The notes: generated by a model not told the origin, from the sequence alone. A stretch of DNA of 51,008 bases from an uncultured archaeon (GCA_964525635.1 CAZGJX010000013.1:1-51008), one strand, 5' to 3'; counted from the first letter of the stretch, positions 18,860-29,635 are shown. A program made the numbers and translations.

Positions 18860-19330
18860 TTAATCTTTAGTTCTATCATCTAAAGCACTCTTACAATGTG
18901 GACATTTTTCTATATTTTTTTTAATTTGATTACCACAATAAGGACAATAAATTTTATCATCTTCTTCTTTAGCTTTCTCTTCTTGTACCTTTTCTTCTTT
19001 CTCTAATTGTGCTTCTTCCTTTATTTCTTTCTTTTCCGGAATCTTTTTACCCGCTTTTTTGTAAATTTTTTCTTTAGGTGTTTTAGCTTCTGTTTCCTTC
19101 GGTTTTTCAAATGCTTCTTTTGAAAATGTTAATTCAGATATACACACAGGGCAATAAACACTTCTTTTGAAACCATAATAATAAATAAGAAAAGCAATAA
19201 TACCAAATCCCAATGTTGCAACACATCCCATTACCCATAATGTTTTTTGCATGGGCTTTAATGGTTTTTTTATGGGTTCTTCAATTTCCTTTTTACAAAA
19301 TGTACAATAAGCATATTTAACATTTACCAT
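18860..19330 (-). CDS. LITAF-like zinc ribbon membrane-anchored protein with C-terminal zinc ribbon
   Basis: CTFC..hydrophobic stretch..YCPVC, charged linker, CPYC..CPHC; GGAG RBS. Confidence 0.7.
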   Translation of the reverse strand: MVNVKYAYCTFCKKEIEEPIKKPLKPMQKTLWVMGCVATLGFGIIAFLIYYYGFKRSVYCPVCISELTFSKEAFEKPKETEAKTPKEKIYKKAGKKIPEKKEIKEEAQLEKEEKVQEEKAKEEDDKIYCPYCGNQIKKNIEKCPHCKSALDDRTKD

Positions 19331-19458
19331 TTTTTTATCTCCCAGTTAATTCTGATATTTATTCTTTATAAAAAGATTATTTTCATTAAAAAAATTTTTT
19401 ATCGCTATTTTATTAAATATCTTATTAATATTTATAATTCTATTTATTTGAGTTAAAT

Positions 19459-20787
19459 TTGGCAGAAATTTCAGTAAATAAAAACTATTTTTATATTGAA
19501 ACCTATGGGTGTACTTCAAACAAAGCAGATTCTAATATAATGATCAGTATTTTACAAACCTCTGGTTATATTAAATCTAATATGGAAAATGCTAAATATA
19601 TAATAATTAATACTTGCGCGGTTAAAGAACAGACTGAAAATAAAATAAAAGCTAGATTAAAACAATTGTATTATTATTCTTTGAAGAATATTGATAAAAA
19701 AATAATTATCACAGGATGTTTACCACATATAACCAATAAATATATTGATATTATTAGAAAGATCATTCCTAATTTTTCTGCAATTATCGATATGAACAGT
19801 ATTATTAAGATTATTAGCGTTATTAGAGAAATTGATCGAGGAAAACACAATCTTATTATAAAATCAGAAGATAAGAAAGATAAATCCTATATTCCTATAA
19901 CTTATTTTAGGAAAAAAATTACAGGTATAGTTCCCATTTCCGAAGGTTGTCTTGGTGCATGCACCTATTGTTGTGTAAAAAATGCAAGAGGTAAATTAAA
20001 ATGCTATAATCCTGAAAATATAATAAATAATGTTAAGTATCAGCTTAAACAAGGAATTAAGCAAATATATCTAACCTCTCAAGATTGTAGTATTTATCAA
20101 TATGATAAAACAAAATTATCTGAACTAATAAAGAAAATTAATGATCTTGATAATGGATTTTTTTTAAGAATTGGAATGATTAATCCTAGCTTTTTACTTA
20201 AAAATTTTAACCAATTATTAGAAATATTTCAGTTAAGAAAAGTATATCAATTTCTTCATATACCAATCCAATCTGGAAGTAATAGAATTCTTAAGCTTAT
20301 GAATAGAAGTTATTTAATTTCAGATATTCTGAAGAAAATTAATGATTTAAGAAATAAGTTTCCTTATCTAACTATTTCTACAGATATTATTTGTGGATTT
20401 CCTGAAGAAACTGAATATGATTTTTATCATACAATTAATGTAATAAAGTGGTTAAGACCTGAAATTATTAACATTTCTAAATTCACTCCACGTCCAGGTA
20501 CTAAGGCAAAAAAAATGAATCAAGTGGATAGTAAGATAATTAAAAATAGATCAATAAGATTATCAGATTTATTCAGGCGTAGCCTAGATTTTATGAATCA
20601 AAAATGGATTGGATGGGAAGGTATAGTTTTATTATTACATAAAGTTCAAAAAAATAATCAAGCTTTTGGGAGGAATTTTGCATATAAAAATATATTTATT
20701 GATAAATATACGGGAAATTATGGAGAATTCGTAAAAGTTAAAATATATAAAATAGATGGTTTTAATCTACATGGTAAAATCATTTGA
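19459..20787 (+). CDS. mtaB: tRNA t6A37 methylthiotransferase (archaeal MtaB/CDKAL1-type, MiaB-like radical SAM)
   Basis: ETYGCTSN, INTCAVK, TGCL (UPF0004); GCLGACTYC; FLHIPIQSGS; TDIICGFPEET; C-terminal TRAM. Confidence 0.88.
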   Translation: MAEISVNKNYFYIETYGCTSNKADSNIMISILQTSGYIKSNMENAKYIIINTCAVKEQTENKIKARLKQLYYYSLKNIDKKIIITGCLPHITNKYIDIIRKIIPNFSAIIDMNSIIKIISVIREIDRGKHNLIIKSEDKKDKSYIPITYFRKKITGIVPISEGCLGACTYCCVKNARGKLKCYNPENIINNVKYQLKQGIKQIYLTSQDCSIYQYDKTKLSELIKKINDLDNGFFLRIGMINPSFLLKNFNQLLEIFQLRKVYQFLHIPIQSGSNRILKLMNRSYLISDILKKINDLRNKFPYLTISTDIICGFPEETEYDFYHTINVIKWLRPEIINISKFTPRPGTKAKKMNQVDSKIIKNRSIRLSDLFRRSLDFMNQKWIGWEGIVLLLHKVQKNNQAFGRNFAYKNIFIDKYTGNYGEFVKVKIYKIDGFNLHGKII

Positions 20788-20792
20788 AAACT

Positions 20793-21680
20793 TTATGAAG
20801 ATTTGATTTTCTCAAGTAATGTTGTAGCTCTTGCACGATGGAATTTCATACCAATATCATCTGGATTTATACCGAAAGCAATAGCTAATAATTCTGTCAA
20901 ATATAAAATAGGGATATTATAATCTCCCTCAAATAATTTTGAAAGGTTCTTTTGATTAGTATCCATTTGTTGAAAACAAGCTGGACAAATTACTATAAAT
21001 GCTTCAGCACCTGCTCCTAAAGCACTATCAAATTTATTTTTCAAAACTTGCATCGCAATTTCTTCTTCAGCATTACCAACACCTGCACCACAACATAACA
21101 TTTCCTCATCATAATCAATAGGAATAGCACCTGTTAATTTTACGATTTCTCTTAGTTTTTTTGGTTTCATTGGATCATCTGTTTGCATTATTTCTGAAGG
21201 TCTATTGTAATGACACCCCGTATGACAAGCAACTTTAAGGCCAGATAAATCAATTTTTAGATTTTCTTTTATTTTTTCATGATTAATTTCATGGATTACT
21301 TCAAGAAAGTGTTTAACATTGATTAATCCCTTGAATTGTCTATTTACTGATTTTAAAACTTTATTAATTTCTTTTTTTTTCCCTTCATGTGTTTTTAATT
21401 CATGGTTCACTGCTTTAAGTGTTTGAAAACAACCATTACATAATGAAACGATATCCTTATTTTCATCTTCAGCAATAGTTAAATTTCTTGCACCCATAGC
21501 TAACCAACTAGTATGATCTACAGAATTAAATCCAACAGGATCAGGACAACAAGCAAAAGCACCCTCTGAAGTATGTATTCCAAGTATTTCGAATACTTTT
21601 CTTGCTGATGCTTCAATAAACGGAATTCTATTTCCTATTGTACATCCTTGGAACATTTTATATTCTTTTATATCAGCCAT
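20793..21680 (-). CDS. hdrB: Heterodisulfide reductase subunit B (second copy)
   Basis: FQGC, ACCPDP, CNGC, HTGCH, CCGAG, CPAC. Confidence 0.92.
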   Translation of the reverse strand: MADIKEYKMFQGCTIGNRIPFIEASARKVFEILGIHTSEGAFACCPDPVGFNSVDHTSWLAMGARNLTIAEDENKDIVSLCNGCFQTLKAVNHELKTHEGKKKEINKVLKSVNRQFKGLINVKHFLEVIHEINHEKIKENLKIDLSGLKVACHTGCHYNRPSEIMQTDDPMKPKKLREIVKLTGAIPIDYDEEMLCCGAGVGNAEEEIAMQVLKNKFDSALGAGAEAFIVICPACFQQMDTNQKNLSKLFEGDYNIPILYLTELLAIAFGINPDDIGMKFHRARATTLLEKIKSS

Positions 21681-21778
21681 GTTTATCGATTCTTTATCAT
21701 TTTAGCAACTAATCTTAATTTATATTAGATATTTTAAATCTTTTCTGGTTTAATGTTCTATTATTTGAATATTTAATT

Positions 21779-23194
21779 TTATTTTTTATCATCATTTGGA
21801 AAATTATCATGATATTTATGTTTAAGTGTAGAATCAGCAAGAGAAAACATATTAAATAATCCTGCAGGATCTTTTATTATTTCCATTAATTCCTTTATGT
21901 CTTTATCGGTCGTTAGTGATCCTAAGGTAGTTATAAATTTAGCACCTTGATCCTTGATTCCCATAGGGGGGCCATAACACCCAAGACATGGAGCGTTTGC
22001 TTTATTTGGGCAAATTGCACCACAACCTGCTAAGGTTACAGGCCCCAAGCAAATATATCCTTGTTCTAATAAGCATTTATTTTCATTTGGAAGATTCATA
22101 TAATCTCTTTTTAACTTTACTGGGACTTTATCTGTAAATTCTCTATTACATTGACTGCAAACTGTCTTTACACTAAATTTAAAATTTGGATTATCTTTTA
22201 GTAAACTGAGTGAGATACCTATTATATTATTAATTTCATCATTATTAGTTAGATTTAAATCATAAATTAGTTTAGATCTATTCTGTATTTCTAATTCTTT
22301 TTTTTTAAAGCTATTTGGTTCATAAGCTAATCTTTGTAATAAATCACCTCTGAAATAAAAACAATTTATATTAGAACCATATAAAAATAAATGCAAAAAA
22401 TGTTCTATAACCATAGTATCTTCCTTAGTTAATGTTTCTTTCTCGATTAACATATTCTTTAAATGTTCAATTTTATTATCTGGATAACTAACTGGTCCAA
22501 AGCATCCATAACATTGATCACCATTATTTGGACATATTAAAGTACATCCAATAGCAGTTATGGGTCCAAAACACAATTTATTTTTATTTAAAAAACAACC
22601 TTTTTTATATAATTTACATATACTACACACAGATTTATTTTTTCTTGGTGATTTTATATTAATTTTTAAATATTGTAATAAATAAGAAATTGCTGATATA
22701 ATATTTTCAGTTTGAGGTGGACAACCTGGTATAAACATATCCACTTCTATTATATCTTTTATATTTACAATATAATCTTCAAAACCTGGAACATGATCTT
22801 TTGGTTCTTCAGGAGATTCATTAGTAATTGATTCAACTTCAATAAATTTTCTCTTTATTAATTCTTCTTTATCAAATAGATTAGCTAATCCTATAACACC
22901 TCCATAACACGCACATGCTCCTACACATATTATATATTTACATTTTTTTCTCATCAATAAAGCATTTTTAGTATCTTCTTTAGTTCGAGCAACTCCCTCA
23001 ATAAAACCAACATCGATACTTTCATCAGGTCTATCTATTAATGATTGAAGTTTAAAATCGACTAATGCAGGCCAATATACAATTTCTAACTCAGGTAAAA
23101 TCGAAATTAATCCTAAGTGAGCATTTAGAAGACTTTGATTACATCCCCAACAGGAACTCAACTGAAAGAACGCAAATTTTCTTTTTCCTGGCAT
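21779..23194 (-). CDS. mvhG: [NiFe]-hydrogenase small subunit MvhG-like, extended with a duplicated C-terminal Fe-S module
   Basis: SSCWGC, IEG, GACACYGG, PGCPP; two copies of CxxC..C..C(F/L)GP(I/V)TxxGCxxxCP..CxGC(F/Y)GP. Confidence 0.85.
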   Translation of the reverse strand: MPGKRKFAFFQLSSCWGCNQSLLNAHLGLISILPELEIVYWPALVDFKLQSLIDRPDESIDVGFIEGVARTKEDTKNALLMRKKCKYIICVGACACYGGVIGLANLFDKEELIKRKFIEVESITNESPEEPKDHVPGFEDYIVNIKDIIEVDMFIPGCPPQTENIISAISYLLQYLKINIKSPRKNKSVCSICKLYKKGCFLNKNKLCFGPITAIGCTLICPNNGDQCYGCFGPVSYPDNKIEHLKNMLIEKETLTKEDTMVIEHFLHLFLYGSNINCFYFRGDLLQRLAYEPNSFKKKELEIQNRSKLIYDLNLTNNDEINNIIGISLSLLKDNPNFKFSVKTVCSQCNREFTDKVPVKLKRDYMNLPNENKCLLEQGYICLGPVTLAGCGAICPNKANAPCLGCYGPPMGIKDQGAKFITTLGSLTTDKDIKELMEIIKDPAGLFNMFSLADSTLKHKYHDNFPNDDKK

Positions 23195-23490
23195 TGCTAA
23201 TTAAAGAAAAATTATCTGATCTCTTCTTATCTTAATTTTATTAAATTAAGTGAATGTAATATCGATATTAAAAATTTTATAACTATATACTCAATAATTC
23301 AAATTTGATATTTTTTAATAAAATAATAGTTTAATACATAGAATTGAATAGTTTAAATATTATTGAGAAGCCTTAATACCTAAATAAAAATGTATAATAG
23401 ATTGTAAATTTCATTCATTATTGATACAATATTTAAAAAAGATCTTGAATTGTATTTAAATTATAAAAATAAACACAATATCAAATAAAA

Positions 23491-23949
23491 ATGAGATTTA
23501 GAGTGAAATTTCTATTAATATCTATAATAGCATTTATCATCATTTTAATAAGTTTCTTGTTTTCAATTCTATTAACAGTCGGATTTATGGATGGTACACT
23601 AAGTGTAGATACATTACAAGAGGTAACATCAATATTAGATTGATTAGGATTTACACTAATAAGAATCGTTGTATTAATAATATTTCCAACATTAGTATTA
23701 TCGATTTGTCTGATAAGGCTAATTGACGATGATATCCGTATTTCACTAATTAAATTAATTTCATTGATGTCAATTATTATAGACTTATTATTTTTGCTTA
23801 CTATAAGTGCATTTTCTACCACAACTCCTTTTATTAGTGATGATACTATTAGGCAAACATTTTTAACAGCACATATGGTATTTTATGCAATACCATTGTT
23901 TTTATTTATTTTAACATTCATTTTAACTCTTAAAACGAATACTGAGTGA
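23491..23949 (+). pseudogene. 152-codon 4-TM membrane protein gene interrupted by one in-frame TGA (23641-23643)
   Basis: ATG 23491 MRFRVKFLLISIIAF..SILD*LGFTLIRIVV..LKTNTE*; same frame on both sides of the stop. Confidence 0.7.
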
Positions 23950-24077
23950 AATCTAGAATTATAACAAATTCCTTTTTTTTTAATTTTATCAAAAAATATT
24001 ATTCTATCTTGTTATAAATATCTAAAAAAAAGAACTAAAAAAATATAAAAAATAATTTATTTAGATTAATATAATTT

Positions 24078-24533
24078 CTAATCTTTTAACATTTTTCTTC
24101 CAAAAATTGATATAATAACTCCTGCTAGTCCATATACTCCATTAAATGTTGCCAATAGAATGTCACCTAATTCATTTAGAGAGACACCTTCAATTTCATT
24201 AGTAATGACAACAATTATTAAACCTATTAATCCAATGCCAATTCCCATAGCCGCTATAAGTCTTCCTAATCTGTTATTGCTATATCCTGCAATTACAGCC
24301 CCGATGATTACTGAAATACCTCCACCCGCAGCAATATAACTAAATATTGTTAAAACTAGTGCAATTACTTCTTGTGTTTCGAGACCAACATAGTCAGATA
24401 AATAAGTTAATATTTTTCCTAAAAATCCAATACTTCCCACGACAGATGCTAATATCATTAAAGCACCGCCAATTAAGCAGAGTATTAATCCTTTTTTATG
24501 TTCCATTATCAAAACCGAATTTATTTGATGCAT
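24078..24533 (-). CDS. Hypothetical Gly-rich membrane protein (4 TM)
   Basis: Four hydrophobic Gly/Ala-rich helices; likely start MEHKK. Confidence 0.75.
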   Translation of the reverse strand: MHQINSVLIMEHKKGLILCLIGGALMILASVVGSIGFLGKILTYLSDYVGLETQEVIALVLTIFSYIAAGGGISVIIGAVIAGYSNNRLGRLIAAMGIGIGLIGLIIVVITNEIEGVSLNELGDILLATFNGVYGLAGVIISIFGRKMLKD

Positions 24534-24574
24534 TCAATATATTATAAGTTGTATTTAAACTCTAACATTATAAA

Positions 24575-25381
24575 TTAATTTAAAATACGTTCAGGATGAG
24601 TGTAAATATTCATCCGAGTTCCTCTTACAAATCCTATTAATGTTATACCATAAGAAAAGGCTAATCTTATTCCTGATTCTATTGCTGCAGAAATAGATGC
24701 AACTATTGGTATTTGTGCTCGTATCGCCTTTAATACTGAGTCTCCAGTTAATCGCCCCGTAGATGTAAGAAACACGTTTTCAAACGAAATATTCTTTAAA
24801 AGTAAATCTCCAATTGCCTTATCAATAGCATTATGTCTTCCTATATCTTCCATGATAGATAATAAATGATTATTATTAGCATTGAATATAGCACATCCAT
24901 GACAACCACCTGTGTCTTTAAATAAAGTTGTTTCTTTTTGCATTATTTTTATCGCTTGAAAAAGGCTCTCTTTTTTTATTTTTAAATTATTTAGATTCAA
25001 TCCCTTGTTAGAATGAATCTTTTTCTTAATAATATCTCTCCAAGGTGAAGATATTCCACATGTAGTATCAATAACCCGACTAACAGTATTGATATTTAAT
25101 TCTTCTGAGTCAAAATTGACTGAATCACCCAGCTCAATACGAATTCTACTTTCTGAATCATCTATTTTTATTAATTTTATATCTTGAATATCATTTATTA
25201 TTCCAATAGAATAAAGAAATCCAATAGCTAATTCCTTTAAGTTTTTAGGAAGGCATATAATATTTGCTAGAGGTTTAGAATTTATAATAATATCAACCGG
25301 TTTTTCTATAAGAATAGAATCTGTAGTCTTAACAATTTCATTTTTCTTTATTCGTGTAATTGGAACTTTACGTTGATACAT
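24575..25381 (-). CDS. fdhD: Formate dehydrogenase accessory sulfurtransferase FdhD
   Basis: ELAIGFLYSIG, TTCG, TGGCHG, EDIGRHNAIDKAIG, TGRL, TLIGFVRGTRMNIYTHPERI. Confidence 0.95.
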   Translation of the reverse strand: MYQRKVPITRIKKNEIVKTTDSILIEKPVDIIINSKPLANIICLPKNLKELAIGFLYSIGIINDIQDIKLIKIDDSESRIRIELGDSVNFDSEELNINTVSRVIDTTCGISSPWRDIIKKKIHSNKGLNLNNLKIKKESLFQAIKIMQKETTLFKDTGGCHGCAIFNANNNHLLSIMEDIGRHNAIDKAIGDLLLKNISFENVFLTSTGRLTGDSVLKAIRAQIPIVASISAAIESGIRLAFSYGITLIGFVRGTRMNIYTHPERILN

Positions 25382-25536
25382 TTTTTAAAAACCTATAACA
25401 TATCTTTTTAAAAAAAAAATTTAATATAAGAAAATTAATTTTATAATAATTAATTAGCTATTTGGTTAATAATTAAAATATCTTCAATAAATAAAATATG
25501 GCTTTTGTTTTTAAGAAATTAGTTTTTATAATTTTT

Positions 25537-26346
25537 TTAAGCGACTATATATAATCTGCCATTTGTTTCTTTTTTAATAGTATGATCACCACTATATTCT
25601 ATGAATTTACCTTGGATTATATCTCCATTAGCTAATTTAATTTCATTAACCTCCCCAATTTTCTTGTATGAAGGTAATTTTTTCAATAATTTACCTTTAA
25701 TTATTATTGTACCCCAAGCTTGGTCTGCTCCTGCATATCTATCAACATCACCATCAACAATTATTGTTCCACCATGATTATGAATTCCCAAAAAGGAACC
25801 TGCTCCTCCACAATATAGAATTGGCCACTTATTTGCACCTTTTGAATTTCTTGACCATAACATCGCTTCATTACCAATCTTTCCTTTAACTCTAATAACA
25901 CCATCCGTCATTCCTTTCCAAAATCCTCTATAAGCAGCACCAACATAATTTCTTGCATTTCCATTTATTTCTAATTCGCCTCCACTTAACATCGCTCCAG
26001 CCCAATCATCTGCATTCCCATTTACTGTTATTTTTCCACCGCTCATTTGATTGCCAACATGCATTCCTATATCTCCATTGATAATAATTTCTCCACCAGA
26101 CATTTTTTCTCCAATTCTTTTAACATTACTCAAATCCCCATTAATAATGATTTGTATGTTGTCTATATTTCCCCTTTTTTCATTGATACCATCTATATCA
26201 AAATATTCTTCTAGTTTTGCAATTTCATTTCCTATAAATAAGTTCATTGCTTTTATTTCATCGAGAGATTTATTTAAAAAATTATCTGTTGTTATTACGT
26301 CAGCTTCGAGGGGAATTATAGGTTTTTTTTTCAAATTGAGTTTCAT
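25537..26346 (-). CDS. fwdC: Formylmethanofuran dehydrogenase subunit C
   Basis: GxxMxGGxIxxNG beta-helix repeats, GAAYRG..GM. Confidence 0.93.
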   Translation of the reverse strand: MKLNLKKKPIIPLEADVITTDNFLNKSLDEIKAMNLFIGNEIAKLEEYFDIDGINEKRGNIDNIQIIINGDLSNVKRIGEKMSGGEIIINGDIGMHVGNQMSGGKITVNGNADDWAGAMLSGGELEINGNARNYVGAAYRGFWKGMTDGVIRVKGKIGNEAMLWSRNSKGANKWPILYCGGAGSFLGIHNHGGTIIVDGDVDRYAGADQAWGTIIIKGKLLKKLPSYKKIGEVNEIKLANGDIIQGKFIEYSGDHTIKKETNGRLYIVA

Positions 26347-26357
26347 TGATACTATTG

Positions 26358-27686
26358 CTACTCACCTTTTTTTTCTTTAATTTTTTTTACAATACGTTCT
26401 AATATTTCAAAATCACTTAAACATCCATTTGGTGCTTCTTTTACTTTTCTAAGTCTTAATGGTATATGATCCATACGATAAGCTGTTCCTTCACATTCTA
26501 TTCCTGCGATTGCAGGAGGTAAAATAACATCCGCAAAAACAGAAGTTGGAGTTTCATGTGGTTCAATTACGATTAATGGATGTTTGAATAAGTTTTTCAC
26601 TGAATTAGCTGGGAAATTGCTTGCAGGATCAGATGCTACAATTAAAGATGCATCAATTTCATTTCGTAACAATAAATCAACAGAAGAAAATTCACCTGGA
26701 TTATAACGAGGATAACCCCTTGAAAAATCTATTGAATATGCATATCCAGTATTCCAAGTAAATACAACATTTGCCCCTGTTACATTATAATGTCCCCTCA
26801 TAGGTGTGATTGAGAATTTTGTATGATCATTTAACTCCCTTGTTAAACAAATTGCAGTATCAACATTTCTATGATGTGCTGATGAATGTGTTAAACCCAT
26901 TCCAAAAAATATTACTCCGTAATTACAATTTTTTATAATTTTTGTTAATTCCTCAATTTTTTCTTTTGGGACTCCTGATACCTCTTTATCATCAATTTTC
27001 ACTCCCCTTAACATTGCTCTAATCGCACTCATTAGTTCATAATCTTCATTAGGATTAATTTGTATATGAATATCGGCAATTTGGGCAGTATGCGTATTTC
27101 TTGGATCAATCACAATAATAAATCTATCATTTCTACCATCTTTTCTAAAATACCCCCTAACAACAACACTATATCTACTAAGATGCCTTGGATGAGCATC
27201 AACAGGATTACAACCCCAAAAAATAATCAAATCAGCACGATTTTTATATTCTCCTAAAGTAGATGTAGGAACGCCCACATCCTGTTCGGCGAGCAAAGAT
27301 GGGCCATGGCAAACCGAAGCCGTATTATCTAATATTCCTCCAAGTATTTCAGCTAATTCGACACCTTTTCCCTGTGCTTCACATTCTGTACTTGAAAATC
27401 CATAAAGTAATGGTCTTTTTGCTTTTATTAAGATTTCAGAAGTCTTTTCGATAGCAGTATCCCAATCTGTTTCTTTTAGTTCTCCATTTTCTCTAATCAT
27501 AGGTTTATTATATCTATGATCACTTGGATTGGAAGAAAAATATTTTGCCGTACCAATTTGACAAGCATTTCTTACTTCTACAATATCATTTGTAAATAAA
27601 TCGACATCAACTTCTATATCATCACAAAGAGTTCCACAAAAAGGACAGATAACATCTTGAGTTGTTTTAATGTTTGTTTTTTTCAT
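26358..27686 (-). CDS. fwdB: Formylmethanofuran dehydrogenase subunit B (Mo/W-pterin, Cys form)
   Basis: CPFCGTLCDD..C, SVCHGPS, KNRAD..FWGCNP..AHPRH, MRGHYNVTG, GTAYRMD. Confidence 0.95.
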   Translation of the reverse strand: MKKTNIKTTQDVICPFCGTLCDDIEVDVDLFTNDIVEVRNACQIGTAKYFSSNPSDHRYNKPMIRENGELKETDWDTAIEKTSEILIKAKRPLLYGFSSTECEAQGKGVELAEILGGILDNTASVCHGPSLLAEQDVGVPTSTLGEYKNRADLIIFWGCNPVDAHPRHLSRYSVVVRGYFRKDGRNDRFIIVIDPRNTHTAQIADIHIQINPNEDYELMSAIRAMLRGVKIDDKEVSGVPKEKIEELTKIIKNCNYGVIFFGMGLTHSSAHHRNVDTAICLTRELNDHTKFSITPMRGHYNVTGANVVFTWNTGYAYSIDFSRGYPRYNPGEFSSVDLLLRNEIDASLIVASDPASNFPANSVKNLFKHPLIVIEPHETPTSVFADVILPPAIAGIECEGTAYRMDHIPLRLRKVKEAPNGCLSDFEILERIVKKIKEKKGE

Positions 27687-27692
27687 TTATAT

Positions 27693-28088
27693 TTACACTT
27701 CCTTTAATCTTTTAATCAATTCCACAGCATCTAAGACTTTTCCTTCCTTAACTACTTCGACTTTTGCTTTCATCCCCTTATAAGTTGGAGTTCCACATGA
27801 ATATGTGTTTGGATTCACTACCTGATTAGCCCATGGTCCCAAAGGTATAAATATAACTCCTGGGTGAGGGCCTTCTTCTGATATTGTTGAATAAACTATA
27901 ACTTCCCCATAATCTGTTGTTATTTTCACTGGAGTTCCTATAAAACATTTTAATTTCTTAAAATCATCTTTATCGAAAGCGCAAATAGCAGTAGCTCTAA
28001 CATTTCTTTTTGTTGTTTTTCCACTTTCTAAAGCTATTCCTTGATTAATTGTTCTACCAGTTAATAGAATTAGATTATTTAACATCAT
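27693..28088 (-). CDS. fwdD: Formylmethanofuran dehydrogenase subunit D
   Basis: LTGRTINQG, GVIFIPLGPWAN, GTPTYKG. Confidence 0.93.
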   Translation of the reverse strand: MMLNNLILLTGRTINQGIALESGKTTKRNVRATAICAFDKDDFKKLKCFIGTPVKITTDYGEVIVYSTISEEGPHPGVIFIPLGPWANQVVNPNTYSCGTPTYKGMKAKVEVVKEGKVLDAVELIKRLKEV

Positions 28089-28092
28089 TATT

Positions 28093-28812
28093 TTACTTTT
28101 TTTCTACTTTACTCCATCTTAATTTTTTTAATCTTTCTAGTAAAGGAATCCAAAATATTTCATTATAATCTCCAGAAAAATCAATATCTTTAATTTCTAA
28201 TTTTATTGCTCCAGTAGGACATGCATTATCACAAGCACCACAAAATACACATTCATTTTCATCAACGACTACATTTGGGACAGATTCCCATCCTTTTTTT
28301 GATTTTTCTGGAATTGTTATAGCCCCTGATGGACAGACATCCGCGCAGGTTTTGCATCCACCAGCACATTCATCATCGACTATTTTAATACTCCCATATG
28401 TATATTGTTTTACAACTCTTTCAATTCCATTCTTATTTTTTATTTTTTTTATTTTAAAGTTAATCTTGGGAACAGCCTTTTTAGAAATTAAAAGCATTTC
28501 TTCTAATAGAACATCTTTTCCATTATTTTTCAGAGTTAAGGCAGAGAAGGGACACATATATACACATGTTCCGCAGAAAACACATTTATTTGGATCATAT
28601 ATTTCGGGTATAATATCTCCTAATAATTCATTTCTTCTTGAAGCTCCTATTGGACCTCTACTAATTGCTTCTTTAGGACAAACACGTTGACAAGTACCAC
28701 ATGCAATACATTTTTCTCGATCTAGGATGAGCTCAATTTCTTCAACGAGAAATTTAATTCTTATTATTTCTTGTTCTTCTGTAATTTCTCTTGAAAGTTT
28801 CGGAAAAGACAT
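28093..28812 (-). CDS. fwdF: Polyferredoxin, short FwdF-like (4x[4Fe-4S])
   Basis: [49 protein letters not shown]; upstream of fwdD. Confidence 0.75.
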   Translation of the reverse strand: MSFPKLSREITEEQEIIRIKFLVEEIELILDREKCIACGTCQRVCPKEAISRGPIGASRRNELLGDIIPEIYDPNKCVFCGTCVYMCPFSALTLKNNGKDVLLEEMLLISKKAVPKINFKIKKIKNKNGIERVVKQYTYGSIKIVDDECAGGCKTCADVCPSGAITIPEKSKKGWESVPNVVVDENECVFCGACDNACPTGAIKLEIKDIDFSGDYNEIFWIPLLERLKKLRWSKVEKK

Positions 28813-28929
28813 TTTAGATTTTGTTCCTTTAATATTGTTTTAATGTTATTAGATTACAAGTATATTAATATTAATAATTTTTTATGTAGAATAATAATTT
28901 TTCAATAAAAACTATTTTCCAATTATACA

Positions 28930-29226
28930 TTATTTTGAGGATTCTTGGCTTTTATCATCGGATTTTAAAATCTCTAATTTGATTGCTTTTTGAGGGCATA
29001 AATCTATACATAAACCACATCCATCGCAGTTTATTTTTCTGGTCTGATTATAAATAGGTCTTGCTATACCATCTTTCACTAATATGACTGCATTTTTATC
29101 AGTTAATTCACCTTGTTTTTTTAACTGATCAAAATTAACAGGACAAGATACCACACATATATTACATCCAGTACAAATAATATGATTAATTTTTAATTTA
29201 TATATTTCCATGATTTTATCCTTCAA
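28930..29226 (-). CDS. fwdG: 2x[4Fe-4S] ferredoxin, FwdG-like
   Basis: CTGCNICVVSCPVN, CDGCGLCIDLCP. Confidence 0.75.
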   Translation of the reverse strand: MKDKIMEIYKLKINHIICTGCNICVVSCPVNFDQLKKQGELTDKNAVILVKDGIARPIYNQTRKINCDGCGLCIDLCPQKAIKLEILKSDDKSQESSK

Positions 29227-29635
29227 ATTTTATAGGATTTGGACCTAATTTTTTTAATTCTAAAACAAATTCTTTTATAATATCAGTTAGAATAATTCCT
29301 TCTGAAGCAGAAATATAAGCGTATCTCAATCTTTTAGGATTAATACCAAATTGTTTTAGATATAATTGGAGCATAGGTATTTTTCTGATTGTTTTATAAT
29401 TACCCTCAACATAATGACATTCTCCAGGATGACAATGAGCAATTAATATTCCATCAACTCCGTTTTTTAAAGCGTCTAAAATAAATTGAGCTTCAACACG
29501 ACCACCACACATGACTCTTAAAATACGCAAGCTAGCAGGTCTTTGTAATCGAGATGTACCTGCTTGATCAGCTGCCGCGTAAGAACACCAGTTACAAAAT
29601 ATTCCAAGAATATTAGGATTAAAGTTTTCAACCAT
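29216..29635 (-). CDS. mvhD: MvhD [2Fe-2S] subunit (third copy)
   Basis: FCNWCSYAAADQAG, VMCGGRV, HCHPGECHY. Confidence 0.9.
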   Translation of the reverse strand: MVENFNPNILGIFCNWCSYAAADQAGTSRLQRPASLRILRVMCGGRVEAQFILDALKNGVDGILIAHCHPGECHYVEGNYKTIRKIPMLQLYLKQFGINPKRLRYAYISASEGIILTDIIKEFVLELKKLGPNPIKFEG

